This document shows, piece by piece, positions 28,487 through 38,762 of a stretch of DNA of 64,000 nucleotides. The position numbers and the translations under genes are program-made. Numbering within the stretch: the first letter of the stretch is position 1; each line of letters starts with the position of its first letter. The notes under the pieces were generated by a model, which was not told the origin of the DNA, made no database searches, and saw only the letters and a list, made by a program, of their open reading frames with translations. The stretch spans positions 448,001 through 512,000 of the forward strand of contig OZ252220.1 of NCBI GenBank assembly GCA_965249135.1, read 5' to 3'. This stretch comes from Alphaproteobacteria bacterium (GTDB lineage: Bacteria > Pseudomonadota > Alphaproteobacteria > GCA-2746255).

Positions 28487-29577
28487 CGGAACCCGAAGCC
28501 CTCGCCGCGCCGTTTGCGCGGGCCAATCCGGAGTTGCTCGGCCAGGAAGGGGCGGAGCGCCGCCTGATGGAAGCGTGGCGTTCGGACCGGTTTCCGCATG
28601 CCTGGCTGGTGAGCGGGCCCCGTGGGGTGGGGAAGGCCACCTTGGCTTACCGCTTCGCGCGTTTCGTGCTGGCCGGTGGGGCGGCAGACAAGGCGGCATC
28701 CGGCCTTTTTCTTCCGCGTGAGCACCCCGTCTTTCAGCGAACGGCGGCCGGCACCCACGCCGATCTCTTGACCATCGAGAGCGGAAACGAAGCAAAGGGC
28801 GAGCGCAAGCGAGGTGAGATCCCGGTCGAGGAAAGCCGGCGCATCGGCCCCTTTCTCACCCTGACGGCAGCGGAAGATGGCTGGCGGGTCGTCGTCATCG
28901 ACGGCGCAGACGAGATGAACCGTGCCGCCGGCAACGCCATCTTGAAACTTCTCGAGGAACCTCCGGCAAAGGCGCTTTTGTTGCTGGTGAGCCATAACTT
29001 GGGGCGCGTGCTTCCGACGATCCGCTCGCGCTGCCGCCATTTGCAGCTCGGGCCTTTGGATCCGGCAATCGTGAGCCGGCTTTTGCACGGCTATCGGCCG
29101 GATCTGGAGACGGAAGTGCGCACAGCCCTCGTCCGGCTCGCCGAAGGCAGTATCGGGCATGCACTTTGCCTCGCCGACAAAGGCGGGCTTGATCTCTATC
29201 GCGATCTGATGGGGCTTCTCGGCACGTTGCCCGATCTCGACATACCATTGCTGCACGCCTTCGCCGGCCGTTTGAGCGGACCGAAAGCCGGCGAAAGCTG
29301 GCTCATGACCACCGACCTCTTGAGTCACTGGGTGGCGGGGTTGGTCAAGCGCGGTGCGCTGGGCCGGGAAATGCCGGAAGTCATCGGCGGTGAAAACGCC
29401 CTTGGCAGCCGCTTTCAGGCGGGGGCGAACCTTGCAGAATGGGTTGAGGTGTGGGAAAAAATCAATCGCCTCTCGGCCGTGGCGGAACGCAGTAATTTGG
29501 ACCGCAGACAGGTTCTGGTGAACGTCTTTCACACGTTGGAGGGTGCCGTGCGGCAGCCGAGCGAGCCGGCGGGGTAG
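28483..29577 (+). CDS. holB: DNA polymerase III subunit delta'
   Basis: HAWLVSGPRGVGKAT, NAILKLLEEPP, TIRSRC; follows tmk. Confidence 0.95.
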   Translation: MTEPEALAAPFARANPELLGQEGAERRLMEAWRSDRFPHAWLVSGPRGVGKATLAYRFARFVLAGGAADKAASGLFLPREHPVFQRTAAGTHADLLTIESGNEAKGERKRGEIPVEESRRIGPFLTLTAAEDGWRVVVIDGADEMNRAAGNAILKLLEEPPAKALLLLVSHNLGRVLPTIRSRCRHLQLGPLDPAIVSRLLHGYRPDLETEVRTALVRLAEGSIGHALCLADKGGLDLYRDLMGLLGTLPDLDIPLLHAFAGRLSGPKAGESWLMTTDLLSHWVAGLVKRGALGREMPEVIGGENALGSRFQAGANLAEWVEVWEKINRLSAVAERSNLDRRQVLVNVFHTLEGAVRQPSEPAG

Positions 29578-29624
29578 CGACCCCGTCAGCCCCTGGCGCC
29601 GGTCTGAAGCAGTCAGGAGCGAAG

Positions 29625-31157
29625 ATGTCCGCGCCGAAGCCCTTCTACCTCACGACGCCGATCTACTACGTCAACGACGCCCCTCATATTGGTCACGCCT
29701 ATACGACGCTGGCTTGCGATGTGTTGGCGCGTTTCCTGCGCCTGGACGGGGCCCGCGTCAAGTTCCTGACCGGCACGGACGAGCATGGCCAGAAGGTCGA
29801 GAAATCGGCGGCCGCCGCAGGGGAGGAGGCAAAACCCTTCGTCGATCGGGTCTCCGGGAATTTTCGCGAGCTGGCCGATGCGATGAATTTCTCCCACGAC
29901 GATTTCATTCGCACGACGGAAGCGCGCCATCGGCAAGCCGTCCAGGCCCTGTGGAAGGAACTCGAGGCAAGGGAGCAGATCTATCTCGGCACCTATGCGG
30001 GTTGGTATTCCGTCCGCGACGAGGCGTTCTATGCGGAAAGCGAGCTCATCGACGGCAAGGCGCCGACCGGTGCCGACGTCGAGTGGGTCGAAGAGCCAAG
30101 CTATTTCTTCCGGCTTTCGGAATGGCAGGCGCCGCTCTTGGAATTTTACGAGGCGAACCCGGATTTCGTCGCCCCTCCGAGCCGCCGGAACGAGGTCGTA
30201 AGTTTCGTGAAAGCTGGACTTTTAGACCTTTCCGTCTCACGCACCAGCTTCACCTGGGGGATACCGGTTCCCGACCACGCGGGCCACGTCATGTATGTGT
30301 GGCTCGACGCGCTCACGAACTACCTCACCGGCGTCGGCTATCCGGATACAAAATGTGAAGAGTTTTCAACCTTTTGGCCCGCAGACGTTCACGTCGTAGG
30401 TAAGGACATCCTGCGCTTCCACGCCATCTATTGGCCAGCCTTCCTGATGGCGGCCGGCATCGCGCCGCCCAAGCGCGTGTTCGCCCATGGCTGGTGGACG
30501 AACGAGGGGCAGAAGATTTCGAAATCGCTGGGCAACATCATCGATCCCTTCCCACTGATCGAGAAATATGGCCTCGACCCGGTGCGCTTCTTCTTGATCC
30601 GCGAGGTGCCGTTCGGAAAGGACGGCGACTTTTCCCATCAGGCCATCGTCCGCCGGATGAACGGGGATTTGGCGAACGATTTCGGCAATCTCGTTCAGCG
30701 CGTGCTTTCGATGATCCACCGGAACTGCGAGGCGGCGATGCCTGCGCCCGGCAAGTTAACGAAGGCGGACGCGGCCTTGCTCGCCAGCATCGATGCGGCC
30801 TTTCCGGAGATGCGTGAACAAATGATGGAACAGGCCTTCCACAAGGCGCTGGTCGTGCTATGGGCGCGCATCGGCGAGGCCAACCGCTACGTCGATGCAG
30901 AAGCCCCCTGGGAGCTCAAGAAGAAAGACCCGGCCCGCATGCAAACGGTCCTCTACGTGCTGGCGGAAGCGATCCGCCATCTCGCCATCCTCGTCCAGCC
31001 GGTGATGCCGGGCTCGGCCGCGAAAATCCTGGACCAGCTCGCCGCCCCCCAAGACGAACGCAGCTTTGCCCATCTAGGCTCCGCCCATGGCTTAAAACCC
31101 GGCACGCCGATCCCCAAGCCTACGGGCGTCTTCCCACGCTATGAGGAAGGGAACTGA
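29625..31157 (+). CDS. metG: Methionine--tRNA ligase
   Basis: TTPIYYVNDAPHIGH, GTDEHG, KISKS. Confidence 0.97.
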   Translation: MSAPKPFYLTTPIYYVNDAPHIGHAYTTLACDVLARFLRLDGARVKFLTGTDEHGQKVEKSAAAAGEEAKPFVDRVSGNFRELADAMNFSHDDFIRTTEARHRQAVQALWKELEAREQIYLGTYAGWYSVRDEAFYAESELIDGKAPTGADVEWVEEPSYFFRLSEWQAPLLEFYEANPDFVAPPSRRNEVVSFVKAGLLDLSVSRTSFTWGIPVPDHAGHVMYVWLDALTNYLTGVGYPDTKCEEFSTFWPADVHVVGKDILRFHAIYWPAFLMAAGIAPPKRVFAHGWWTNEGQKISKSLGNIIDPFPLIEKYGLDPVRFFLIREVPFGKDGDFSHQAIVRRMNGDLANDFGNLVQRVLSMIHRNCEAAMPAPGKLTKADAALLASIDAAFPEMREQMMEQAFHKALVVLWARIGEANRYVDAEAPWELKKKDPARMQTVLYVLAEAIRHLAILVQPVMPGSAAKILDQLAAPQDERSFAHLGSAHGLKPGTPIPKPTGVFPRYEEGN

Positions 31158-31945
31158 TGCTCGTCGACAGCCACTGCCATCTAAGCTTTCCGGATTACCA
31201 GGACGACTTTGACGCGGTCATGGCAAGGGCCGAGGCCGCCGGCGTGAGGGTAATGCTGACGATCTCGACGAAGCTGTCTGATTTTCCGAACGTGCTTCGC
31301 ATCGCGGAATCTCATGCAAACGTCTGGTGCACGGTCGGCGTCCATCCGCACGAGGCGGAAGGCGAGGGGGCGGAAGTTCGCGTTGAGCATCTCGTCAAAC
31401 TCACCCGGCACCCGAAGGTCGTCGGCATCGGCGAAACCGGGCTCGATTACTATTACGAACACAGCCCGCGCGAGGCGCAGAAGGCAGCCTTTCGAACCCA
31501 TATCGCCGCGGCCAGAGAAGTCGGCCTGCCGCTTGTCGTGCATTCCCGGAACGCCGAGGCCGATACCGTCGGAATCTTGGAAGAAGAGATGGGGAAGGGG
31601 GCCTTTACGGGCCTCATCCACTGTTTCACCGGCACGGACGCGCTGGCAGACGGCGCCCTTGCCCTTGGCTTCTATATCTCGCTATCCGGCATCCTCACCT
31701 TCAAGAAGGCGGACGCATTACGCGAAACGGCAAGGAAGATTCCCCTCGCGCGTCTCCTCGTCGAGACGGATGCGCCCTATCTGGCGCCGATGCCCTATCG
31801 GGGAAAACGGAACGAGCCGGCCTATACGGCCGAGACGGCCAGCGTGGCGGCCGAGTTGTTCGGTCTTGATAGGGCCGCGTTCAATGAGGCGACGACGGCG
31901 AATTTCTTCAGGTTGTTCACGAAGACGACGCGGCCGGAAATTTAA
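31157..31945 (+). CDS. tatD: TatD family hydrolase
   Basis: DSHCHL, GVHPH, IGETGLDY, ETDAPYLAP. Confidence 0.95.
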   Translation: MLVDSHCHLSFPDYQDDFDAVMARAEAAGVRVMLTISTKLSDFPNVLRIAESHANVWCTVGVHPHEAEGEGAEVRVEHLVKLTRHPKVVGIGETGLDYYYEHSPREAQKAAFRTHIAAAREVGLPLVVHSRNAEADTVGILEEEMGKGAFTGLIHCFTGTDALADGALALGFYISLSGILTFKKADALRETARKIPLARLLVETDAPYLAPMPYRGKRNEPAYTAETASVAAELFGLDRAAFNEATTANFFRLFTKTTRPEI

Positions 31946-31949
31946 GGAA

Positions 31950-32717
31950 ATGCAGGCGCGGATCCTTGGTTGCGGTGGTTCCGGTGGGGTTCCGCTGATC
32001 GGCAACGATTGGGGGGTGTGCGACGCTCAGAACCCGAAGAACCGGCGCCGTAGGGCGTCGATCCTGGTGCGCGACGACGACACGACGCTGCTCGTCGACA
32101 CTTCGCCGGATCTTCGCGAACAGCTCCTTACCGCCGGCGTCGATCGCTTGGATGGGGTCCTTTATACCCATGCCCATGCCGATCACATCCATGGAATCGA
32201 CGACTTAAGGCCGGTGAATCGGGCGATGCAGGCCTGGATCCCGATCCATGCGGATCCCGAGACGCTGGCTGCGATCGAGGCGCGATTCGGCTACGTCTTC
32301 GAGAAGATCCCCAAAGAATATGGCTATTTTAAGCCTTGCCTCACACCGAATGTCATTAAAGGCCCGTTCAAGATTGGAAACATTGACGTTTTACCGTTTG
32401 AACAGGATCACGGCTTCGGCCGGACGACGCTCGGTTTTCGTTTCGGGGAAATCGCCTATTCGACGGACGTGGTGGAATTTCCGGAAGCCGCCTTCGAGGC
32501 GCTTGCCGGCGTCAGGGTCTGGATCGTCGATTGCCTGCGCGATAAGGCGCATCCGACCCATTCCCATCTCGAGCGGACCCTTGCCTGGATCGAGCGGGTA
32601 AACCCGGAACGCGCCGTGCTCACCCATATAAACCAGCATCTCGACTTTGAGACCCTGGCTCGGCGGCTGCCGAAGGGAGTCGAGCCGGCCTATGATGGCC
32701 TGATTCTGGAAGGTTGA
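31950..32717 (+). CDS. MBL-fold metallo-hydrolase (PhnP-like)
   Basis: ILGCGGSGGVP, THAHADHIHG, YSTD; ATG at 31950. Confidence 0.92.
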   Translation: MQARILGCGGSGGVPLIGNDWGVCDAQNPKNRRRRASILVRDDDTTLLVDTSPDLREQLLTAGVDRLDGVLYTHAHADHIHGIDDLRPVNRAMQAWIPIHADPETLAAIEARFGYVFEKIPKEYGYFKPCLTPNVIKGPFKIGNIDVLPFEQDHGFGRTTLGFRFGEIAYSTDVVEFPEAAFEALAGVRVWIVDCLRDKAHPTHSHLERTLAWIERVNPERAVLTHINQHLDFETLARRLPKGVEPAYDGLILEG

Positions 32718-32765
32718 CTTTATTTGTCATAATAACTCTTATGCGATCTTTTCCATCCCACACGG

Positions 32766-32849
32766 ACTGGCCTCCCCACTGGCCTCCCCACTGGCCTCCC
32801 CACTGGCCTCCCCACTGGCCTCCCCACTGGCCTCCCCACTGGCCTCCCC
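32766..32849. repeat. Intergenic tandem repeat, 7 x 12 bp (ACTGGCCTCCCC)
   Basis: Seven perfect copies with no spacers, ending about 35 bp upstream of mazG. Confidence 0.95.
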
Positions 32850-32883
32850 ACCGGCTCAGACCTTCGAAAATGGGTCGGATGCC

Positions 32884-33684
32884 ATGAGCGGGATCGCTCG
32901 CCTCCTTGAAATCATGCGCCGCCTTCGCGATCCGAAAGGCGGCTGTCCGTGGGACCGTGAGCAGGATTTTACCTCGATCGCGCCGTATACGATCGAGGAG
33001 GCCTATGAGGTGGCCGAGGCAATCGACAAAAACGACATGGCGACGTTGCGGGACGAGCTTGGCGACCTCCTCCTCCAGGTCGTCTACCACGCCCAGATGG
33101 CGGACGAATTGGACCATTTCACCTTCGCCGACGTCGCCGCCGGAATCAGTGAGAAGATGGTCCGGCGCCACCCCCACGTCTTCGGCGAGGCGGCCGTCGG
33201 CGATGCGAAGGCCCAGACGAAGGCCTGGGAGGCCGAGAAGGCGGCCGAACGTCGCGAAAAAAGGGGAGGCGGCGGCGAAGCGGGGGCAAGCGTGCTGGAA
33301 GGGGTGGCGAGGTCCCTCCCTGCCCTGCTTCGCGCCGAAAAACTTCAAAAACGAGCCGCCCGCGTCGGCTTCGATTGGCCGGAGCGCGAAGGGGTCTTCG
33401 CGAAGATCGCGGAAGAGACCGCCGAACTCAAGGCCGAGCTGGCAAAGGAAGCGCCTGAGCCTCGGGAAGAAATGGGCGATCTTCTCTTTGCCTGTGTGAA
33501 TCTCGCCCGCCATCTGGGCGTCGACGCGGAAGCGGCGCTGAGGGCCGCGAACGCGAAATTCGAGCGGCGATTTCGACGGATGGAGACGCTGCTCGAAGTG
33601 ACCGGGGAGGCCAGCGAAGGGGCGCCGCTCGAGCGGCTGGAAGTCCTTTGGGAACAGGCGAAGGCGGAAGAAAAGCGCGATTAA
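32884..33684 (+). CDS. mazG: Nucleoside triphosphate pyrophosphohydrolase
   Basis: GCPWDREQ, EEAYEV, ELGDLL, RRHPHVF, EEMGDLLF. Confidence 0.96.
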   Translation: MSGIARLLEIMRRLRDPKGGCPWDREQDFTSIAPYTIEEAYEVAEAIDKNDMATLRDELGDLLLQVVYHAQMADELDHFTFADVAAGISEKMVRRHPHVFGEAAVGDAKAQTKAWEAEKAAERREKRGGGGEAGASVLEGVARSLPALLRAEKLQKRAARVGFDWPEREGVFAKIAEETAELKAELAKEAPEPREEMGDLLFACVNLARHLGVDAEAALRAANAKFERRFRRMETLLEVTGEASEGAPLERLEVLWEQAKAEEKRD

Positions 33685-33740
33685 AGATTGAGCAACATTC
33701 TTTATTCTTTTTAGCCGTGGATTGGGTTTAACGACGTTAC

Positions 33741-34058
33741 CTACATTTCCATTTCCATCAATTCTGCAACTTTAAGTGTGCCACCGATTTCAAGAAATGG
33801 GCATGCCTTAGCCATATCAAGAGCAGAATCAAAGCTATCGGCTTTCACTATAGAAAAACCGGACATTGTATTAGACCCAACATCGTCTGATACACCAGTT
33901 GAACTTACGATCTTGGACATTCCCATTGGAGATCCGGGGTTAACTACAGCATCGCCCAGGTCTGCGACCCATGTTTTCCATTTCGCCATTTGTGTACTTC
34001 CCTCCTCAGGACTCTCAGGTTTTTTTCCACCGTGGTAGGCAATTATGTAATTGGACAT
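33741..34058 (-). CDS. YciI family protein on an AT-rich islet
   Basis: YHGG..W..W..LGDAVVNPGSP, SGFSIVKA..A..CP; GAGG RBS; codon usage unlike its neighbours. Confidence 0.8.
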   Translation of the reverse strand: MSNYIIAYHGGKKPESPEEGSTQMAKWKTWVADLGDAVVNPGSPMGMSKIVSSTGVSDDVGSNTMSGFSIVKADSFDSALDMAKACPFLEIGGTLKVAELMEMEM

Positions 34059-34080
34059 AGATTGAATCCTCTTTCTTAGT

Positions 34081-35400
34081 TTAGCCGTCCGGATTCTCGA
34101 AGCGGGCGGCATCCTTCGGTGCCAGCCGCACCCGAAAATGGGCAAAGGCCTCGTCATCTTTCCGTCCCATCACCTCGCCATGGCGGTAAAGCCAAGCGAT
34201 TCGCGCCCCTTCGGCAAGCGGCACGGAAACCTCGAGTACGGCAAGCCCCGCAGTAAGCCGCGCATCCAGAAGGGCGAACAGGCCCGCAACCCCTTCCCCA
34301 CTCACCGCCGATACGAGCACCTGGTCCGGATCGCGCCGGGCGCGGTTTTCGATGGTTTCGCGCTCCTCGGGCGCCAACAGATCCGCCTTGTTCAACACCT
34401 CGATGACGTCCTCTTCGATCCGCTCGCCAATCTCGAGCTCGCAGAGCACCTGGTGGACGTCCTGGCGTTGGGCGGCGCTGTCCGGATGGGCGATGTCCCG
34501 GACGTGAAGGATGAGGTCCGCCTCCCGCACCTCCTCGAGAGTGGCCCGGAAGGCGGCGACGAGGTCCGTCGGCAGTTCCGAGATGAAGCCTACGGTATCC
34601 GAAAGAATCACGCGGCGGCCCGAGGGCAGTTCGATCCCCCGCATCAACGGGTCCAGCGTCGCAAAGAGCATGTCCTCGGCGAACACGTCCGCACCGGTGA
34701 GCCGGTTGAAAAGAGTCGATTTCCCTGCGTTCGTGTAGCCGACCAAGGCGATGACCGAGTACGGCACACGTTGCCTGGCTCGGCGATGAAGCGTACGGGT
34801 CCGCACCACCTGGCCGAGCTCGCGCTTGAGCCGGGTGATCCGTTGGCCAAGGATGCGGCGGTCCGTCTCGATCTGCGCCTCACCCGGGCCGCCCAGGAAG
34901 CCGTAACCACCGCGCTGCCGCTCCAGGTGGGTCCAGGAGCGCACGAGCCGGCTGCGCTGATAGGAAAGATGGGCCAGTTCCACCTGCAGCCGGCCTTCCC
35001 GGCTTCTGGCCCGTTCACCGAAGATTTCAAGGATAAGGCCGGTGCGGTCGATTACCTTGCAGTTCCAGGCGCGTTCCAGGTTGCGCTGCTGAACCGGACT
35101 CAAAGGGTGGTCGATGACGACCAGTTCCACCGCCTCGCCCGTCATCTGCCCGTGAAGACGCTCGACGGTTCCCTTGCCGAAGAGGGTCGCCGGAACCGGG
35201 CGTGCGAGCGCCAGGGTTTCCGCTGAGACGACGTCCAGCCCGATGGCCTCCGCCAGGTTGACGGCTTCTTCAAGCCGGGCCGAGGCCAGGCGAAGGAACG
35301 CGTGGCCGTTTCCTTTCGGAAAAGGATAAAGAACGCCGGTGCGCGCGGCCGTCTTGCCGCCCCCGGGAGAGCGACCTTGCGATCCGTTATTCTTCTTCGC
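34081..35400 (-). CDS. hflX: GTPase HflX (start uncertain; conserved frame extends well upstream of ATG 35145)
   Basis: [31 protein letters not shown]; upstream in-frame [23 protein letters not shown]. Confidence 0.92.
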   Translation of the reverse strand, partial: AKKNNGSQGRSPGGGKTAARTGVLYPFPKGNGHAFLRLASARLEEAVNLAEAIGLDVVSAETLALARPVPATLFGKGTVERLHGQMTGEAVELVVIDHPLSPVQQRNLERAWNCKVIDRTGLILEIFGERARSREGRLQVELAHLSYQRSRLVRSWTHLERQRGGYGFLGGPGEAQIETDRRILGQRITRLKRELGQVVRTRTLHRRARQRVPYSVIALVGYTNAGKSTLFNRLTGADVFAEDMLFATLDPLMRGIELPSGRRVILSDTVGFISELPTDLVAAFRATLEEVREADLILHVRDIAHPDSAAQRQDVHQVLCELEIGERIEEDVIEVLNKADLLAPEERETIENRARRDPDQVLVSAVSGEGVAGLFALLDARLTAGLAVLEVSVPLAEGARIAWLYRHGEVMGRKDDEAFAHFRVRLAPKDAARFENPDG

Positions 35401-35665
35401 TGACTTCTTCTTCGGTGGCCTCGACGTTTTCCTTATCCCCTTCGAATAGCTGAATCGGGCCGGCCGGCATTATCGTCGAAATGGCATGCTTGTAGATCAG
35501 CTGCACGTGGTTGTTTCGACGAAGCAACACACAAAAATTGTCGAACCAAGCGACGACCCCCTGAAGCTTTACGCCGTTGACCAAAAAGACGGTAACGTGA
35601 ACCTTGTTCTTCCGAATGCTGTTTAAGAAAACATCCTGAACATTTTGTGATTTTTCTGTCGTCAT
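35387..35665 (-). CDS. hfq: RNA chaperone Hfq
   Basis: [24 protein letters not shown]. Confidence 0.97.
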   Translation of the reverse strand: MTTEKSQNVQDVFLNSIRKNKVHVTVFLVNGVKLQGVVAWFDNFCVLLRRNNHVQLIYKHAISTIMPAGPIQLFEGDKENVEATEEEVSEEE

Positions 35666-35711
35666 TTTGTTACGTCCTTATTTTTTTATTATTCTCGCTT
35701 GTTATTGCCCC

Positions 35712-36383
35712 CTACCGCTCATCCGCACACGCGCTGATAAAAGGCGGAAGATCCTTGCACGTATCCACAAACCAATCGGGGGCAAGGTCCCCATACGCTT
35801 CTCTATCGGCAAGGGAGTTGTTCATGACAACGGCGGTTCCTCCGGCATTGCGCGCGAATTGTACGTCGATCGGAAGATCGCCGATGACCCAAAGCTCGGG
35901 CCCCAGTTCGATATCCGTGCCATGGATCGCAAAGAGCGCCGCTTCCTTTGCCGGCTTGTCCTTTTCCGCCTCCCCTGCCCCGACGATGCCGGGTAGGTAC
36001 GCTTCCCAGCCGAGATGAGCGATTTCCTCGCGTAGCATCGGCCCCACCTTGCTGCTGGCGACGCCCATGAAAATCCGCATGCCGTGAAGCGTTTCGAGCA
36101 TTTCTTCGGCTCCCGGCAAGACTTTCAGGGCCCCCACATGTCCTTCCATGAAGGCTGCATAGAAGACGTCATGGGCCTCGTGCCAACGATCGCCAAACAG
36201 TTCGGGGAAAGCGTCTCGAAGGGATCGATTCATCCGGCGCTGGGCCTCTTCCATCGTCCAGGGTTCGTGGCCCATTGCAACGAGTGTGGCATTCATCGCC
36301 CGATGCATCCCCTCCCAGCTATCCACGAGCGTATTGTCCCAATCAAACAGAATCGCCCGTGGAAAAGGCGGCTTTTCTTTCAT
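35712..36383 (-). CDS. HAD family hydrolase
   Basis: FDWDNTLVD, KP and GD motifs. Confidence 0.9.
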   Translation of the reverse strand: MKEKPPFPRAILFDWDNTLVDSWEGMHRAMNATLVAMGHEPWTMEEAQRRMNRSLRDAFPELFGDRWHEAHDVFYAAFMEGHVGALKVLPGAEEMLETLHGMRIFMGVASSKVGPMLREEIAHLGWEAYLPGIVGAGEAEKDKPAKEAALFAIHGTDIELGPELWVIGDLPIDVQFARNAGGTAVVMNNSLADREAYGDLAPDWFVDTCKDLPPFISACADER

Positions 36384-37254
36384 CTGGCTTTTTTCTCCTT
36401 TTCTTATTCGCTTTCAGTTTCTTCAAGTACCGCTGAAAGAGCCGGTTCGTTATCTTGCCAGGTTTACCGCCACCTATGACTGTATCATCTATTTTGAGGA
36501 CCGGTAGCAAGAAGGAAGTCGTGCTTGTGAGAAAGGCTTCGCCTGCGTCCTTGGCCTCTTCCAAATGAAAGGGGCGCTCTTCGACCGATATTCCCGCCTC
36601 CTCGGCGGCTTTCAAAATGCCTTCCCGGGTAACGCCGCTTAAGATCGATCGGTTCGCATGCCGGGTGATCAGCACGCCTTTCTTCGTCACGATCCACGCA
36701 TTTGTGGCGCTTCCTTCCGTGATGAAGCCATCCTCATCCATCAGCCACGCCTCGAACGCGCCTGCTTCCCGCGCTCGCTGCTTGGCAAGAACATTCGGCA
36801 GCAAGGCAATCGTCTTGATGTCGCAACGCTTCCACCGAATGTCGGGAAGCGTTACCACATGCACGCCGGCCCGGAGCGCGTCCGGCGGCGGCAGGGTGGC
36901 TGGCCGTGCCGTCACCACCAGTGTCGTCGCCCCCTTCGTCGGGAAAGGATGGTCGCGTCGCGCCACGCCACGCGTCATTTGTAGATAGAGGATGCCGTCG
37001 CGAATGCGGTTCCGCCGGATCACTTCACGAAGCACGGCCCGAAGCGGTGGCCGCGCCATGGCGCTTTTCATGTGAAGCTCGCTTAAGGACCGCTCCAGCC
37101 GGTCGAGATGGGGCTCCTCGTCCATCGGCTGCCCGTCGATCACGGCCATCACCTCATAGACCCCGTCGGCGAATTGGTAGCCGCGGTCTTCGATATGCAC
37201 ACTGGCCCGGTGATGGGAGACATATCGGCCATTCACGTAGGCGATGCGGGACAT
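36343..37254 (-). CDS. dat: D-amino-acid transaminase (class IV)
   Basis: EDRGYQFADGVYEV, RCDIKT, EGSATN, LSGVTR. Confidence 0.92.
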   Translation of the reverse strand: MSRIAYVNGRYVSHHRASVHIEDRGYQFADGVYEVMAVIDGQPMDEEPHLDRLERSLSELHMKSAMARPPLRAVLREVIRRNRIRDGILYLQMTRGVARRDHPFPTKGATTLVVTARPATLPPPDALRAGVHVVTLPDIRWKRCDIKTIALLPNVLAKQRAREAGAFEAWLMDEDGFITEGSATNAWIVTKKGVLITRHANRSILSGVTREGILKAAEEAGISVEERPFHLEEAKDAGEAFLTSTTSFLLPVLKIDDTVIGGGKPGKITNRLFQRYLKKLKANKKRRKKPDERKAAFSTGDSV

Positions 37255-37303
37255 CGGTCACATTCACACTTTAAAAGTTAAAGTTCGGTTTTTTTAAAGC
37301 CGC

Positions 37304-38680
37304 CTAGAAAAATTCCAATCCTACGGAAAACATCTTCTCGACCTTCTTTACGGCACCGGCAACGGCGAAAAGGATAACCCGATCGCCAGTCAGGACGGTC
37401 GTGCCACCGCGTGGGATGATCACCTCATCGTCGCGGACAATGGCTCCGATTATGATTCCGTCCGGCAGGTCGACCTCACGCAGCGGCTTGCCGACCAGGC
37501 TCGAGGTCTCGAGCGCGTCCGCCTCGATGATTTCACCTGCGCCTTCGTGGATGCTATGGACCCCACGGATCCGGCCGCGCCGCACGTGTTGGAGAATGGA
37601 CGAGACCGTAATCAGGCGGGGACTCACGACGGTATCGATGCCCAACCAGCCGACAAGCGTTGCATAGGTCTCATTGTTCACAATCGTGATGATCCGCGGG
37701 CAGCCCTGTCGCTTGGCAAGGAGGGAGCCGAGGATATTCACCTCGTCGTTGTTCGTTACCGCAACGACCACTTCAGCCGCGCGTACGTTCATCTCATCAA
37801 GAAGTTGAAGATCGAGCGCATCCCCATGCAGGACGACCGTCCGGTCGAGCCTTTCGGCAAGCAGTTCGGCGCGGTGGCGGTCGAACTCGATCAGCTTCGG
37901 GTGCATGTCGGGGTGCTTTTCTTCGATTTCCTTGGCAAGGAAGATCCCGACATTGCCGCCGCCGATAATGCCTATGCGCCGGGCTTCCGGCTCCTCATGC
38001 CCGAAGCCCGCCATGGCGCGTGTCACATGGGTGGACTCGGCGATGAAATAGACATCGTCTCCAGGCAGCATCTGATCATCCCCGCCCGGAATGATCAGCT
38101 CGTCGTTTCGCACGATGCCGACCAGCGTGATGTGAAGGTCCGGGAAGAGTTCCGTAAGCTGGAGAATGCGCGTGTTCACCACCGGGCAATCCTCCAGGCA
38201 ATGAAGCCCGATCAACTTCACCTTTCCATCTGCCAACGGGATGACGTCGAAGGCGCCCGGCACCTCGAGACGACGTGCGATGGCACGCGCAACTTCAATC
38301 TCCGGCGAAATGATGACGTCGATCGGTAGATGATCGCGACTGAACAGATCGGCCCATTCCGGTTTCAAATAATTTTGTTCGCGAATGCGGGCGATCTTCA
38401 ATGGCGCGTTGAACAGGGAATGGGCAATCTGACAGGCCACCATGTTGATTTCATCTTCGCGCGTCACGGCGATCAACATGTCCGCGTCCCGCATTCCGGC
38501 CTGCTCAAGGACATCCGGATGCGAGGCGAAGCCGACGAGCGCCTGAACGTCAAGAACCGACGCGACCCGGTTGATCCGACTCGGCTCCTGATCGACGATC
38601 GTTACGTCGTTACCTTCTGCCGACAACTGGCGGGCGATGTTGAATCCCACCTGTCCGGCGCCACATATGACAACTTTCAT
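37304..38680 (-). CDS. trkA: Trk potassium uptake protein TrkA
   Basis: ICGAGQVG and IIGGGNVG RCK domains. Confidence 0.96.
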   Translation of the reverse strand: MKVVICGAGQVGFNIARQLSAEGNDVTIVDQEPSRINRVASVLDVQALVGFASHPDVLEQAGMRDADMLIAVTREDEINMVACQIAHSLFNAPLKIARIREQNYLKPEWADLFSRDHLPIDVIISPEIEVARAIARRLEVPGAFDVIPLADGKVKLIGLHCLEDCPVVNTRILQLTELFPDLHITLVGIVRNDELIIPGGDDQMLPGDDVYFIAESTHVTRAMAGFGHEEPEARRIGIIGGGNVGIFLAKEIEEKHPDMHPKLIEFDRHRAELLAERLDRTVVLHGDALDLQLLDEMNVRAAEVVVAVTNNDEVNILGSLLAKRQGCPRIITIVNNETYATLVGWLGIDTVVSPRLITVSSILQHVRRGRIRGVHSIHEGAGEIIEADALETSSLVGKPLREVDLPDGIIIGAIVRDDEVIIPRGGTTVLTGDRVILFAVAGAVKKVEKMFSVGLEFF

Positions 38681-38762
38681 GTTTCGAAGGGTGTCCTAAA
38701 ATTTCCCCGGGCACGAGAGTTCGCGCAAAGGAAAGAGGCCGGAGACCGGCTTCCCGACGGCG

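Noticed and set aside
32620-33513. 297-aa minus-strand ORF with WGGQ repeats
   Set aside because: Antisense shadow of mazG running through the VNTR.
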